Source of the DNA: the human T2T-CHM13v2.0 reference genome, Homo sapiens
Reading direction: 5' to 3' (one strand)
DNA: 64,000 nt
Assembly: GCF_009914755.1 (NCBI RefSeq)
Contig: NC_060927.1
Both the position numbers and the translations under genes were made by a program. The notes below the pieces were generated by a model that saw nothing but the letters and a program-made list of their open reading frames with translations, was not told where the DNA came from and made no database searches. The first letter of the stretch is position 1; every line of letters begins with the position of its first letter. Below, in pieces: positions 44,489 to 58,915 of this stretch.

Positions 44489-44644
44489 CACTATAGCAGC
44501 CATCCCAATAGGTATGAGGAGGTGTCTCCTTGTGGTTTTGGTTTTCATTTCCCTAATGATTAGTATTGTTGAGGATATTTTCATATGCTTGTTGTATATT
44601 TTCTTTGGACATATCTATTCAAGTCCTTTGCCTATTTTTAAATG

Positions 44645-44672
<28 letters not shown>
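44645..44672. repeat. (TG)n microsatellite
   Basis: Read directly from the sequence. Confidence 0.95.
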
Positions 44673-44675
<3 letters not shown>

Positions 44676-45702
44676 TTCTTTCTATATTCTGGATATTAAC
44701 CCATTATTAGATATATCATTTGCAAGTATTTGCTCCCATTCTGTAGGTTGCTTTTTTACTCTGTTGATTGTGTCCTTTGAGGCACACAAGCTTTAAATTT
44801 TGACACAATCCAGTTTATCTATTTTTACTTTTGTTGTTTGTGCTTTTGGTTTCATATTTAAGAAATAATTGCTAAATCCAATATCATGAAGTTTCTGTGC
44901 TGTGTTTTCACCAATAATTTTATAGTTTTAGCTCTTACATTTAGGTCTTTGATCCATTTTGAGTTAATGTTTGCATATGGTGTGAGATAAGGGTCCAATT
45001 TTATTCTTTTGCATGTAGACATCTAGTTTTCCCGACACCATTTTTTGGTTCTCCATTGTTAGCCACTATTAGGTGTACCATTCAGTGGCATTAAGAACAT
45101 TCACGTTGTTGGGCAACCATCACCATTATTCATCTCCAGAACTTTTCATCATGCCATACTGGAACTCTTTACCCATTAAACAATAGCTCCTCCTCACCCA
45201 GCCCCTGGAAACCATGTTTCTACTTTCTGCCTCCATGAATGTGTCCCAGTCTTTGTCTTGAGGACCATGTTCTACATGGGAAATTGTACGAGCACAGAGC
45301 AGGGACACTTAGCTCTGGACTGGGGGGGTGTCAGTAGGAGGATGACAAGTGTAAGAAGAGGCTTTTGAAGGAGAGGTGCTCAAACTCGGTAGGTACCAGC
45401 CAAGCAAGGGAGTGAGGGAGGAGCTGCATGTCAGCAGTTGGGATGAGCGGAAGCAAAGGCTTGTGAGGCAGCTTGGGGTATTCTGGGCACCACGAGTTGT
45501 CCCGGTCAGTCCCTCTTGGGGGGATGGGCTGCTCGCCCAGGCGTTGAGGTTACTGAATTATTTCCCAACTGTTTCTTCTTTGGGATCCCCGCTACCTTTC
45601 ACCTTCCCTGTTCAGAGCTGACTTTTCTTTCCTTCCATCTCATTCCTCCTCTTTTTTAAAATCATGAACTTCTTTGTGAAACGTAACATATGTACCTTTT
45701 AT

Positions 45703-46099
45703 TATTAGTCCATTCTCGCACTGCTATAAAGAAATACCTGAGACTGGGTGATTTACAAGAAAAGAGGTTTAATTGGCTCATGGTTCTGCAGGCTGTTCAG
45801 GAAGTATGGCAGCATCTGCTTCTGGGGAGGCCTCAGGGAGCTTTTACTCATGGTGGAAGGCAAAGCGGGAACAGGCGTCTTCACATGGCCAGAGCAGGAG
45901 GAAGAGAGAGAGGGGGGAGGTTCCACCCATTTTTAAACAACCAGATTTCACGAGAACTCACTATACAGTACCAAGCGGGGATGGGGCTAAACCATTCGTG
46001 AGACCACCCCCACGATCCACTCACCTCCCACCAGGCCCCACCTCCAACACGGGATTACAATTTGACATTTGGGTGGGGCGACAGATCCAAACCATATCA
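45703..46099 (-). mobile_element. MSTA-type MaLR solo LTR
   Basis: tattagtccattctcgcactgctataaagaaatacctgagactggg ... cagatccaaaccatatca. Confidence 0.88.
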
Positions 46100-47071
46100 T
46101 ACTTTATAGTCTCTGGGTGTGTGTGATTAATTCTCACAGTGTAAACATGCCCGTGTGCCCTGATTCAGACGTGAAATCTTACCAGCACCTCAAGAGGCCC
46201 CCTTCCAGTGACTACTGACATCCTTCCCCCTGGAGTAACCACTATTTTGACTTCTAACAAAATAGACAACCTTTGCCTCATGTTTCTCATATAAACGAAT
46301 CCTACAGAATGTACTCTTCTGTGTCTGGCTTCTTTGGTTCAACATTCCTCCTTTTCTTTCTGGGCCGATTCTTATCTTGCCTGAATGCAGAAAATGGTCA
46401 TTGTGCTAGTCCTCATCCCAGCCGAGATGATGGAGGGGAACTGGCTACACAAATATAAGGTGGTGTCACAATTCGCAATAAACTGCAGGACAAGAAGTGT
46501 CTCTGGCCTGGCCCCGCGGGGCTGCTGCTGGAAAATGGATGGTGCCCATTGAGGGCTCTAATGGAGGAGGGACAGTGCTTGCCCTGTGCTATTCTCCTAA
46601 TATTTCAAGGAGAGTGAAGCTTAGAATTGGTAAGCATTCCCAGAAGGGCTACGAATCGCATTTTAGCTTGTTTCAATTGCAGAATGAAATGGCTTGTTTT
46701 CTTGGAAATTTTTATTTGCCCCCCTCGGTCCCTTGCCCTCTGTTTCCCTGGCTCTCAGGTGCATAGCTTCCTTCCTGCCTTCCTCCCTTCAACTCTTGCC
46801 CCTTTTGGCAGTTACATTTCTGCAGAGTTCAGCCCTCCCTGGACCCAGGAACTTTTAGCCAGTCTTGAACTTCGAAGATACAAGAGCTACAAGGAATCCT
46901 GAAGATTAGCTGATTCACACCACCCTTCAATGTTCAGACTTAAGAAAAAGACTGAGATAGTGTATATAAAGCGTAAAATCTTAGTATCTAGTTTAGAAAA
47001 TAAATCAATTCAGCTGGAATAATAAATTAATTTCAACACATCTTAAATGTCATGTAACTATCATTGAATCA

Positions 47072-47375
<304 letters not shown>

Positions 47376-47711
47376 GCAAGATGCAGAGCATTTCCAGTAC
47401 CTGGAAGGTTTGCTCATGCTTTCCCCACAGTCCGTCTCTATTCCTCATCCACTTGTTTTCTTTTATCGAACAGGCAGATTGTACTTGCCTGTTCTTGAAC
47501 TTCAGATAAATGGAATCATACAGTACATATTATTTTGTGTCTGGCTACTTTTGCTCAACATCAGGGTTTTGAGATTCATCCACGTTGTTGCATATTATCA
47601 GTAGTTTGTTCTCTCTCTCTCTCTCTCTGTCTCTCTTTTTTGCAGAATATGCTATCGCTAATTTATCTACTCTCCTGTTCTGACAGTTGGGTTGTTTCCA
47701 GTTTGGGCTAC

Positions 47712-48104
47712 TGTATCAGTTTGTTAGGGCTGCCGTAACAGACCACCATAGGCTGGGTGGCTTAAATGACAGAGGTTGTTTTTTATTATTATTATTATTC
47801 TGAAAGCTAGAAATCCACGATCAAGCTTTTGGCAGGGTTGATTTCTTCTGAGGGCCTCTCTCCTTGGCGTGTCACTGGCCATTCTGTCTTCTCTCTGTGT
47901 CCTCACATGGTCTTTCCTTTGTATATGTGTCCTACTGTCCTCTTTTTGTAAGGATACCAGCCATATGGGATTAGGGTCCACCACAATGACCTCATTTAAC
48001 CTTAATTACCTCTTCAAAGGCTCTAAGTACGGTCATATTCTGATGTAGTAAGGGTTAGTTAGGACTTCAACATATGAATTTGGGGGGGACACAAGTCCAT
48101 AACA
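47712..48104 (-). mobile_element. MLT1A/B-type MaLR solo LTR inserted in L1
   Basis: TG...CA termini (tgtatcagttt...ccataaca) with a 5-bp near-duplication gctac/gcttc. Confidence 0.83.
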
Positions 48105-48404
48105 GCTTCTGTGAATAAAGCTGCCATGAACATTTTGGCTCAGATTTTGTACATGTACAGTTGTCCAAAGTAGGTGAGCCAATTTACACTCCCACAGCAA
48201 TGTGTGAGTGTTCCAGTAGCTCTGCATCCTCACCAACTGCTTCATTTGACAGATGAGAAACAGAGACCCACAGAGAGGGGTGCAAATCTCACTTTCCCAT
48301 GTGCAGGTCATAAGTTCGAGGTTGCAGAGCAGAGCATGCCAAGGAAGCCCTGTCCCCAAACTGCTTTAGGAATTTCTGACACTTCCCAACACATTACTTA
48401 GCTC

Positions 48405-49220
48405 AATCATTCAGTCATTCATCAAAAAGAACAGTGAGAACCATCTGTGGCTCCGTCCTGTGCTAGGTCCTGGAAGCAAGGTGATGAACAGAGGGACAGG
48501 AAACTGACATTCAGGTTGGAGCAAGAGACAATGAACACAAGGACTCAGTAAGTCTTGTGGATTTTGGTAGGTGCTGGGCAAAGAAGCAACAGAACCTAAG
48601 CAGAAGTTGAGATAGAGAAAAAGGAGCTTGGCAGTGGGGAGGGTAAACTCACCTGTAGATGGGCTGCTCTGAAGGGCATCTCTGAGAGGGGATAGATAGG
48701 AGAACCCTGAAGGATACAAAGGCGCCAGCCAGACAAAGGCCAAGGAAATTGCCAAGGCAAAGAGAATGGGAGGAGCACAAGCCCTGAGGCAGGAGCAGCT
48801 CTGGAGAGGGGAGGGGTGAGGAAATGATGGTCTGTGTAACTGGACCCAGTGGACAGGGGTTGTGGGAGGCAGGAGATGAGGTCTACCGGGCGGGCGAGGG
48901 CCTAGACCATGCAGGGCTTGCAGGTCTTGGGAAGAGTTTGGATTTTATTCTAAGGGTAATGGGAAACCACTGGAGGGTTTCAGGGGAGGGGCAAGCAAGA
49001 TCCAACTGACATTAACATATGGATGGCATGGGGGAGAAGCAGGCACACTCTTTCAGAAACTGTTACCCTTCCCTAGGTGATAGTCACTTAGACTTGGGAG
49101 GTGGCAGGAGAGATATATTCTGGAGGTAAAATTGACAGGATGTGGTGAGGGGTTGGATGGGCCTGTTGTGAATAGGAAGTGAGTAATGGATAACTTCTAA
49201 GTTTTGAGCTTTGACTCTCC
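48405..49220 (-). mobile_element. L2 LINE fragment
   Basis: tcattcagtcattcatc 3' tail; tggattttattctaag...tgggaaaccactggagggttt. Confidence 0.75.
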
Positions 49221-49380
49221 TGACAGAAGGCAAGGACCTTTCAGCTATAACTTACCAACCTCTGACTGTGCTGTTCTCTTGTTCATCTCACTACTGGATA
49301 TCTTGAGCCTCAGGACATAGTAAGTGTTCAATAAACATTCTTGAATGTATGAACTGACTGCATGCAAGAATGCTTTAGCA

Positions 49381-49703
49381 CAGCAGGGCCCAACCTTTTT
49401 GTCACCAGGGACCGGTTTTGTGGAAGACAAGTTTTCCACAGATGGTGGGGGGACAGGGGATGGTTTTGGGATGAAACTGTTCTATCTCGGATCATCAGGC
49501 ATTAGATTCTCATAAGGCACCCACAACCTAGATTTCTTGAATGTGCAGTTCACAATAGAGTTCACACTCCTATGAGAATCTAATGCCACCACTGATCTGA
49601 CAGGAGGCAGAGCTCAGGTGGTAATGCTCGCTGGCCCACAGCTTGCCTCCTGGTTCCTAACAGGCCACAGACTGTCCAGAGGCCCAGCGTTTGGGGACCC
49701 CTG
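49381..49703 (+). mobile_element. MER1B-type hAT-Charlie MITE
   Basis: CAG...CTG terminal inverted repeats with a perfect 8-bp target-site duplication ctttagca (49373-49380 and 49704-49711). Confidence 0.92.
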
Positions 49704-49749
49704 CTTTAGCACAGGGAATGGGTTCAATAAAGAGTTTTTTTCTTTTGAA

Positions 49750-50680
<931 letters not shown>

Positions 50681-51099
50681 AATAATGTTTTACTGAAGTT
50701 AAATAGAATAAGCAGGAGGGAGTCTGGGAGGCAGGGATGAGGGCTTTTCCTGTCCTTCACAGGCAGCCCTGGACTCTGCCATTTACCGGCTGTGTGATCT
50801 GGATCAACGTACTTAAATTCCCTGCGCTGCCTCCTAATCCTCAAAGTGGAGAAAATAAAACCTAATTTCTGTGAGCTGCGTGAGATACTGTTTCTGAAGC
50901 TCCAGGCACAGAGTAAGCCCCCGCTCATTAATTGCCTTCCCTTACTCCCTGACCTTGCCTTTTCGCACTTCACTCGCTGCCACGTGGCCTCGGAGCCCAG
51001 TCCGCACCCGCAGCCCCCAGCTGAGCCAGGCTGCAGACTACAACTCCCAGCGAGCACTTCTTCCCGGCCGCCTCTCCCCAGCTGCTGCGCATGCTTTGG

Positions 51100-51240
51100 C
51101 AGACGTGGCACCGGGAACTCGGAGGCGGGGAGCGGCTGGGAAGTGGCCGTGGTGGTTGGCCGCGGTGGAGCTAGCAGGCGGGCGGGCGGGAGCGGGCGCC
51201 GGAGTGGAGAAAGGAGCCAGCGGTGGGCAGCGCTGCTGGG
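51100..51240 (+). other. PDIA5: PDIA5 5' UTR (start approximate)
   Basis: GC-rich, ATG-free sequence directly upstream of the start codon and downstream of promoter motifs. The TSS position is inferred. Confidence 0.7.
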
Positions 51241-51282
51241 ATGGCGCGGGCCGGGCCGGCGTGGCTGCTGCTGGCAATCTGG
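51241..51282 (+). CDS. PDIA5: PDIA5 (protein disulfide isomerase A5 / PDIR) exon 1 coding part, start of the signal peptide
   Basis: ATG at 51241 in strong Kozak context (gggATGG) translates MARAGPAWLLLAIW, matching the remembered PDIA5 N-terminus. It is followed by a phase-0 donor TGG|GTGAGA and lies in a CpG island. Confidence 0.95.
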
Positions 51283-53529
51283 GTGAGACTGTGGGGCAGG
51301 GATCCGGGCCGGGCCAGCACGTGTGTCCCGCGTGCCCTTCTGCGCTCTCTGCTCCAGCCCTCTGCGGAACGTGCGGGGAGCTGCCCCGGGGCACCGGGAT
51401 GAGGGCGTGCATGCCAGGCAGGCGGGCACTGGGTGCTACGCGGGAGACAGCGGGCGTCCCGGTGCCCTCGCCGCCAAGCGCTCCCGGACGCAGGGGCAGG
51501 AGGCAGCTGTGGGGCGCCGGGAGATCCCTGGCAGGGTGCTTACGCCACGGCCACAACTTTGCGGGGATGCAGGTCGGGGCACAGCCGGTCGGGCAGGACG
51601 CCGGCGGGCTGCGGGGTGAGCTCCGCTCCAGACTCCGAGCCCTGCACCTGTGTGAGTGCGGGGTGGGATGGGGGTGCTTACTACCTGCACTGCCGGAAAC
51701 CTTGGTTTAGGGCCACCTTGTTCTTGGCTTCGGCCCCAGGCGTCTGGGAAACTGCGGGCCACCACCTGGGCCTCCGCCCACAGGCCAGGCTCGGTGGGCT
51801 GGGTGGGGTCGACGTAGCCCGCCCCGGCGGAGGAGCTGCTCCTACACCCAACTGAGGCGGGCTCGAGCCTCAGCCACTTTCTAGCTGTGTGACGCGGCGG
51901 TTCATTTAATGTATCTGAGCTAGTTTCCTCATGCATGATATAGAAAGGCAAAGCTACCCCCATAGGGTGGTTCTGAGAGTCGGATGAGGTCTCAGTGGAG
52001 GAAGCTGTGTAAACTGCAAAATCTTACAAAAGTGGAAAAGGAGTGGACTCCAAGAGTAGTTTGCTACACTTGGTGGGGGGGACTCCAGGCATCCCTGAGA
52101 GAGGTCGGAATGGGTGTGCCTGCCGGCCCAGGTCTGGGGTTTGGCCTTCGTTTCGCTGTGGGTGTGTGATGAGATATTGTGGCCTCCTTCCCCATCTTTT
52201 CCATAACTTATGCGCTCCCTTATTTTAGGACCATCCTGGTCCTTTTCCCCTGAAGTTCCAGGGAACTTCCTGTTCCTGGCACCCTCCCCCCAACCCAGAT
52301 TTTCCCGTTCTTTTCCATTTGGGTGTGGCAAGGACACTGGGCAAATGGGAGGAGAAAAGTGTGGGTTGAGTTGCTTGAAACACTTCCATCTCCCAATACC
52401 CTGGCCTTTTGGATCACCAGTGAGGAGTGGCCTGGTACTCTCTGGTTGGAAGTGGGTGGGGAAAGAAGCCCCCTGTTCTCTTCGGTCTGTGTTCTCCCTC
52501 TTGGGGAGAACCAGGCTGGAGTGGGGCAGTGTCACTTAATTGCGTCTGGGTTTGTTGAATGCTGGTTTGCCATCAGTTCCCTGGAGCCAGTTGGTCTGGG
52601 CGGGTCTCTGGGCCAGGAGGAGGGAGCTATCTCCTGAAACGCCCCCCATCGGTCTTTGCACTTGGGCTGAGTAGGAGGTCCTGCTTTCCTCCCTTTCCCC
52701 TCCCTTTTGTGAAAACAAACGGCTTGAGAATCTGAAATTTCATTCGGCAGACATTTATTTGTCAATCACATTGTTTGGATTGATATTTTGCCCTCCACTG
52801 GGTTAGATTTTGGGCGGAGAGCAAAACACACATTGTACCTGCCGTCTGGTGTTGCCCTGGATTGGGCAAAGGAGTCAGTCCTGTGAGCAAATAATGACAG
52901 AACTGCAAGTGCTGTGACCTTAAGTACTAGTATCCTTCACTGAACCGGAGCCATACGTTGATTTAAAGGGAGGTCAGCCATGGCTTTCCTGAGGTGGTAG
53001 GGTTGAACAGAGTCTGAAAGATGTGTGGTAGTTAGCTAGGCAGTGGAGGGCTGCAGGTCCCCTTCACCAGGAGGTGCGGAAGAGCAGGTAGGTTTGCTGA
53101 AAGCACTAGAACCTGGGAGTCCTGAGCAAGCAATTTCTATCTTCTCCTTTCCCTAAGCCCTAGAGTTGGCTTAGCGGGTAGGAGGTGGAGGGAGCATGCC
53201 AACAGGAGCAGTGGTGAGTGATTGCTGGACAGCGCGTTGGGTCTTTGTAAATTTAAATGCTGTATCTATCTGATAAGTGCTCCCCAGGTTCCTGGAAGCC
53301 GGTTGGGTTTCTTTGTTCACTCAATATTTACTGAGGGCTGATATGTGCACAGGACTGGGCTGTGACCTGAAGGGTATAAAGGCATCTGCAGGGATTCGTG
53401 TACAGGGATATACACCCACCACATTTTTTACAATAGCAAAATGTGGAAATGGGTTAAATGCTCAATAATAGTGGCATGGTTAAATAATATCTGGCCTTGT
53501 CCATATCATGGAAAGTGATATTTATCTTT

Positions 53530-54219
<690 letters not shown>

Positions 54220-56985
54220 TTATAAAGAATATTTTTATTTACCAGAATATTATGTTTATTATGAAAACATTTTATGATGTTTATGAAGAATATCTAAGGA
54301 TGTGGAAAAATGCCCAAGTGTGATAAGTAAGGGAAAAGCAGGATGTAAAACCAAATCCGAGGGTGGCTGAAGTTACATGTATGAAGAATTAGTGCATCAA
54401 AATGTTAACAGTCATTGTTCTGGAAGGTGGAGTTGTGATGACTTCTGCTTCTTTGCTTATGCTTTTCTGTGGATTCCAAGTTTTTCACATGAATATGTAT
54501 TAGTTTATAATCAGAAAAGTTAATAAAGATTTTTTAAAATGTTGCTTTGGGAACCCTTAGCCTTCCAAAAGAATACTGGGGAGGAAGGTGTCACTGTCAA
54601 ACACGTGGGACAGGTTAGTTCCAAGAGCTTCCAGGCTGGGTGTCTGTGCCCTCAGAGGCTATGGGTGGCGGTGCCCTCCCTGCCAAGTGCTCCTGGACAC
54701 AGGGGCAGGAGGTAGCCCTAGGGCACAGGGCGATCCCTGCCGAGCCATGCTGCCCTGCTCCCATCCCTGCGCTGACTGCCTGCTTTCCTGCTGTCCAGCT
54801 CAGCTCATCCCTGCAGCTGACTCTTCTCTAGGGCCGTCCATGCTGATTGTCCTGTTGGCTCCATCCAGCCTGTAGGATGGAGAAACGTCGAGCTGGAGTG
54901 AACTCTAGGTCTCCTAGCTCAGTGGTTCTCAAGCATTGGGCCAAGGACTGAAGCTGGGCTGGGATAGAGTTTTCTGGTCTGCAGTCAAACTGGAAAAAAA
55001 AAATGGTGTATTTTTTTGTTTGTTTGTTTTTCATGAATGCAAATGTTTTCAGTTTAAAAAGTTGTCAATTTTTCTGACATGACGATATTTTGAGGGGGAG
55101 GGGGTTACAGCATCCCTTTGAAAAATGAGGCTGGTTGTAGTATATTGTGATTTCTTTTTAAAAGCCCTTTCTTGATAAAATTTATTTTTAATAATATAAA
55201 ATCCATTTTATATTTAAAAATATATATATTCTGCTGATCTGTGAGATTCAGAACTGATCTAACTCAGCCTTCTCCTTTTATAGGAGAATAGCGAGGCTTA
55301 GGGAGGGAAGGGACTCACTCAAGGCCACCCAGTTAGTGAAGGCAGAGCTGGGAGAAGAGCCAGATCTGCTGAATGTAAATCGGGTTCTTCCCACTCATCC
55401 ATCTCCCGCCTGCTTCTCTGCCTCTGCCCCTGATGGTCGCTTGAAGCTCAGACCCTGGAGGACAGTGGGTGGAGGTGCAGGAGGCAGATGTTTGTTCCTG
55501 GCATCTCCTGTAGAGCTTTTAAGGTACACTTATTTAGGTTCTGTACTTCTCTGGGACGATTATATATTTAATAGGCTTTTGTGGGTTGGCCTGAGGACTG
55601 AATTGCCATTTAAAATGCTGTTTGGAACCTGTAGTGCACATTTCCCACAGAAATAAACACATTACAGCGGAAGTCTTAAAACAGACCCGGCATATAAGGT
55701 GGAAGTGTGGCTGAGTGCCATAAGAGTGGCAGCCCCTGTGTGCTGGGGATCCAGGACGAGGCCAAGCAGTGGGACACCGAGTGATCAGAGAAGGCCCCAG
55801 GAAAGAGCAAGGTGTGGACTGGCCTCACAAGGAGGGCAGACTTGGAGCTCTGTGACAGCAGGGAGCCCCCTGTCCTGGCTGTAGTGTCCCCAGCACCTAG
55901 CCCAGGGCCTGGCATGTCGTCAGCCCCGGTCCGTGTTTGGCTGATGGAACTAATGTCACAGGCAGAGAAAGAAACCTTCCAAGCCAGAGACATGGGAAAT
56001 GAGGAATGATAGGCCAGGCTGGATGGAGGGAGGGTTTGAGTCTGGGGATGAGGGGAGTAAGACTGAAAAAGTGGATCGTAAAGAACTTTAAATGCCTGGC
56101 AAAGCTGTGGGGGACTCGATTCTGTAGGTAATGGAGAGACTTGATGAAAGCTGCCCTTTTAATAACAAGATCAATCAGGCCGCATGTAGGGTTGGGTGGG
56201 AGGGGGAGAGACTAATTTTCCCAGAACAACACTTTCATCCTTACTTTCCTCTCTGTTATCTACAAGATAAATTCAAGTGTTATGTAGTGGAAAGAACATG
56301 GGCTTTTAGCCAGCTAGACACTCAGGAGCTGCGTGACCTTGGGCCCTGCCTCAGTTTTCTTGTTTGTTAGTGGTGGTAATGATATCCATCTTGCAGTGTT
56401 GAAAGGATTAGAAAAAATACAGGAAGCACCCAACACAGCGCTTGGCACGTGAAAGTGCCCAGTCACTGGGAGTCTCAGCAGTCATTGCCAGTTGTTGAGT
56501 AAGAGATGATGGGGAAGGCAGTTAAGAGGAGGAGGTGGGCAAGGAAGGGCCAGAGAGAGGCTGCATGATTTGAATGCCAGGTACGGGTACCCCTGTGCAG
56601 CTAGGATTCTCCCCACGGGAGTTACTTGGAGCTGAGCTCTTGACTGCCTCCTTGCCTCCTCTCTGCCAGGCTGCTGCAGAGATCCCAGGTAGGGGGGGTG
56701 GTGCAGAAGGGCTCAGGATGTAAGTGTGCTTGGTTTCTCTCCCCTTTCTTCTGAAAGTAGATCCCCTCTTGAGAATGAAGACACCAAACACACTGTATCC
56801 CAGGAGGGTTTTGCCCCAGCTTTGTGGTTTTATTCTGTTGGGCTCTTGTGTCTTGCTTGGTGGTTGTGGTAGCCTTTGAGGCTGAGTGACAATGGGCCAG
56901 AAATGAATGCATGGGGTATAAGGAGAGGCGGAGGTTCTTCCACATAACCTGGACTTGGGATGGTTTATTTGCCCCCTACCTCTCC

Positions 56986-56988
<3 letters not shown>

Positions 56989-57018
<30 letters not shown>
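56989..57018. repeat. (TG)15 microsatellite
   Basis: Read directly from the sequence. Confidence 0.96.
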
Positions 57019-57024
<6 letters not shown>

Positions 57025-58484
57025 GTGTTGTTGTTTTTAACACCTGGCATCTTAGGTCCCAACGGGAGAGGGAAGGAGCAGGAGTGCTCAGCCCTGGTGG
57101 GCTGGCCCATTCCTTCTGCCTGGCCATCTTTCAGCACTGCCTGGAGCCTCTGGCTCCCCGTGTGATCTGTTGGCAGAATTGTCAAATCGGATGCATTTGT
57201 AGAGGGCTTGAGAGTTTGCAAAGCATTTCCACGTATTTCACGACGGTGTGGTTTTGAGCCCCATGTAACTTGGTGAGGTGAGTAGGCTAGCCCAGTACCA
57301 TCATCCCTGGAGAGGGATGGGTGGCTGGACAGGGAGGTGGGAAGCAACATGTCCTTAGACGAGGTTGAGGTGTCTGTGGCCTGGAAGATGAAGGCATAAA
57401 GAGATAGGTGGGGACCACAGTCAGAGTTCTCAGTGCCTGGCTTGAATGTGTAAGCAGCTGCGTTGGCAGCCATTTTCCAGGAGTGTCCCTGAAACTTGCT
57501 TTTCAGCTGCTCCCTGGTGGCTTTGGCATTGGACAGGGGTGGCCAGCCAGGTACATGCTGACTGTATCCTTCCCCCAAGGAGCTCCAGTTCACTGTCCCC
57601 TATTGCCACCCTACATCAGCAGGGCCTCTTTCCACATACCAGTTTGCAACCACTTCTAAATAATTAGCTTTGTGATCTTACATTGGGGGGTTGAAGACAC
57701 TCATGGAGTGTGGGGTTAAAAGAGCCTTTATTCCTCAAAGTCATACTGAGGCCCCAGTCTGATGCACATTCCATTCCTAGATGGTGTGATGGTGGGCCTG
57801 TGTCTGGCTTCAGAGTTTCCAGCTCACTAGAGTTGCGGGGGCGCAAGGGTGGAGTGTCCATTCCCTGCAAAGAATCCTACAGTTCCTCCAACCCCTTGGC
57901 GCAGGCAGATTTCTGGAAGTCGTGAGCAGGTCCTTTAATCCTTGTTGGAAGATGTTGATGAAAATCAAGGTTGAGGGTTGTAAACTGGGGCTTAAACATA
58001 AAGGTGATCCAGTATCTGAGCCCAGATGTGGGCCTGGTAGGAAAGCTCTGTTGTTTGGGCCAAGTAGGGAAGGGTCTTGAGGAACGAGTGGGTTTGTTCT
58101 CATCACAGGGTCTAGTCTTACTGGGTCCTGGGCAGAGTATTAGTACATGCCCCTATTTCAAAGGAAGGTGGACCAACATCAGCATCCTACATGTGCCACA
58201 GATGTTCATTCATTCAACAGATACTTCTTTTTTTTCCCAAATGGATATTTCCTTGAGAATCTTTTATGAGCCAGGCCTCATGCTAAGGCATTGGGGATAA
58301 CCATAAATAAGACAGACACCATCTCTTTCTCTCATGGCCTAGTGGGACAGCCACTGATTAATTATTTAATTCAGGTAGTAAGTGCTGGAAAGAGAAAGTG
58401 TTAATATAATGTGGTAAGAGAATGTATAACAGGGATCCCTAACCTAATTCAAGGAGTCAGGAAAGCCTTCTCTGAGAACCTCTG

Positions 58485-58915
58485 GGTCTTTCTTAGAATA
58501 ATGTTTTTAAATGTATAAAGTAAAATGCATAGAATTACAAAGAAAGCAGTTTTATTGAAATACAGTTATCAAAATATAACAACAAGGTTGTGATAAAATA
58601 ATATTTATGTTTATTAATGCATCATATAAAAAGATCAAAGGTACAAGCTTGATAACTTCTATAATTTTAAGTTGTGATGAGCATAAATAGTGTTTCAGGA
58701 TATCTTGTAATGTGATAAGAAAATATGATTTCTGTTGGTGGCAAAGTCACAGACACTGCTACCCTAATTACTACTGTAATTTGTTATCTACATTCATAAA
58801 TGTAGAAAGCATTTATACATTTATAAATACATTCATAATACAGGAAAGGCTAAATTTCAGTTAGAGGTTAGTGAAGATAAAGATGTCATTTTTCTCCATC
58901 CAAATTCGTAGACTA
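58485..58915. mobile_element. hAT-Charlie-type DNA transposon fragment (Charlie4-like)
   Basis: AT-rich block agaataatgtttttaaatg...ttgaaatacagttatcaaaata...aaatttcagttagaggttagtg resembles a recalled consensus. Confidence 0.55.

Larger units (their letters stand above)
43450..45045 (-). mobile_element. L1M (L1MA/MB-like) 3' portion
   Basis: Antisense L1 3' end and ORF2 tail (gtgaataatgctgctatgaacatggg...ttttttgaggaactgtcatact...tttaggtctttgatccattttgagttaat). Confidence 0.88.
50950..51900. promoter_or_regulatory. CpG island promoter of PDIA5
   Basis: Dense CpG and high GC. Contains GCCACGTGGC (50979-50988), ACTACAACTCCCAG (51037-51050), TGCGCATGC (51086-51094) and GACGTGGCA (51102-51110). 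Confidence 0.92.

Noticed and set aside
43848-44699. 283-aa F/L/S/P-rich ORF and its K/E/R-rich antisense partner
   Set aside because: They are translations of antisense L1 plus the polypyrimidine tract.
50960-51125. Classical ERSE (CCAAT-N9-CCACG) in the PDIA5 promoter
   Set aside because: I checked the CCACG cores on both strands and found no CCAAT at the required spacing.
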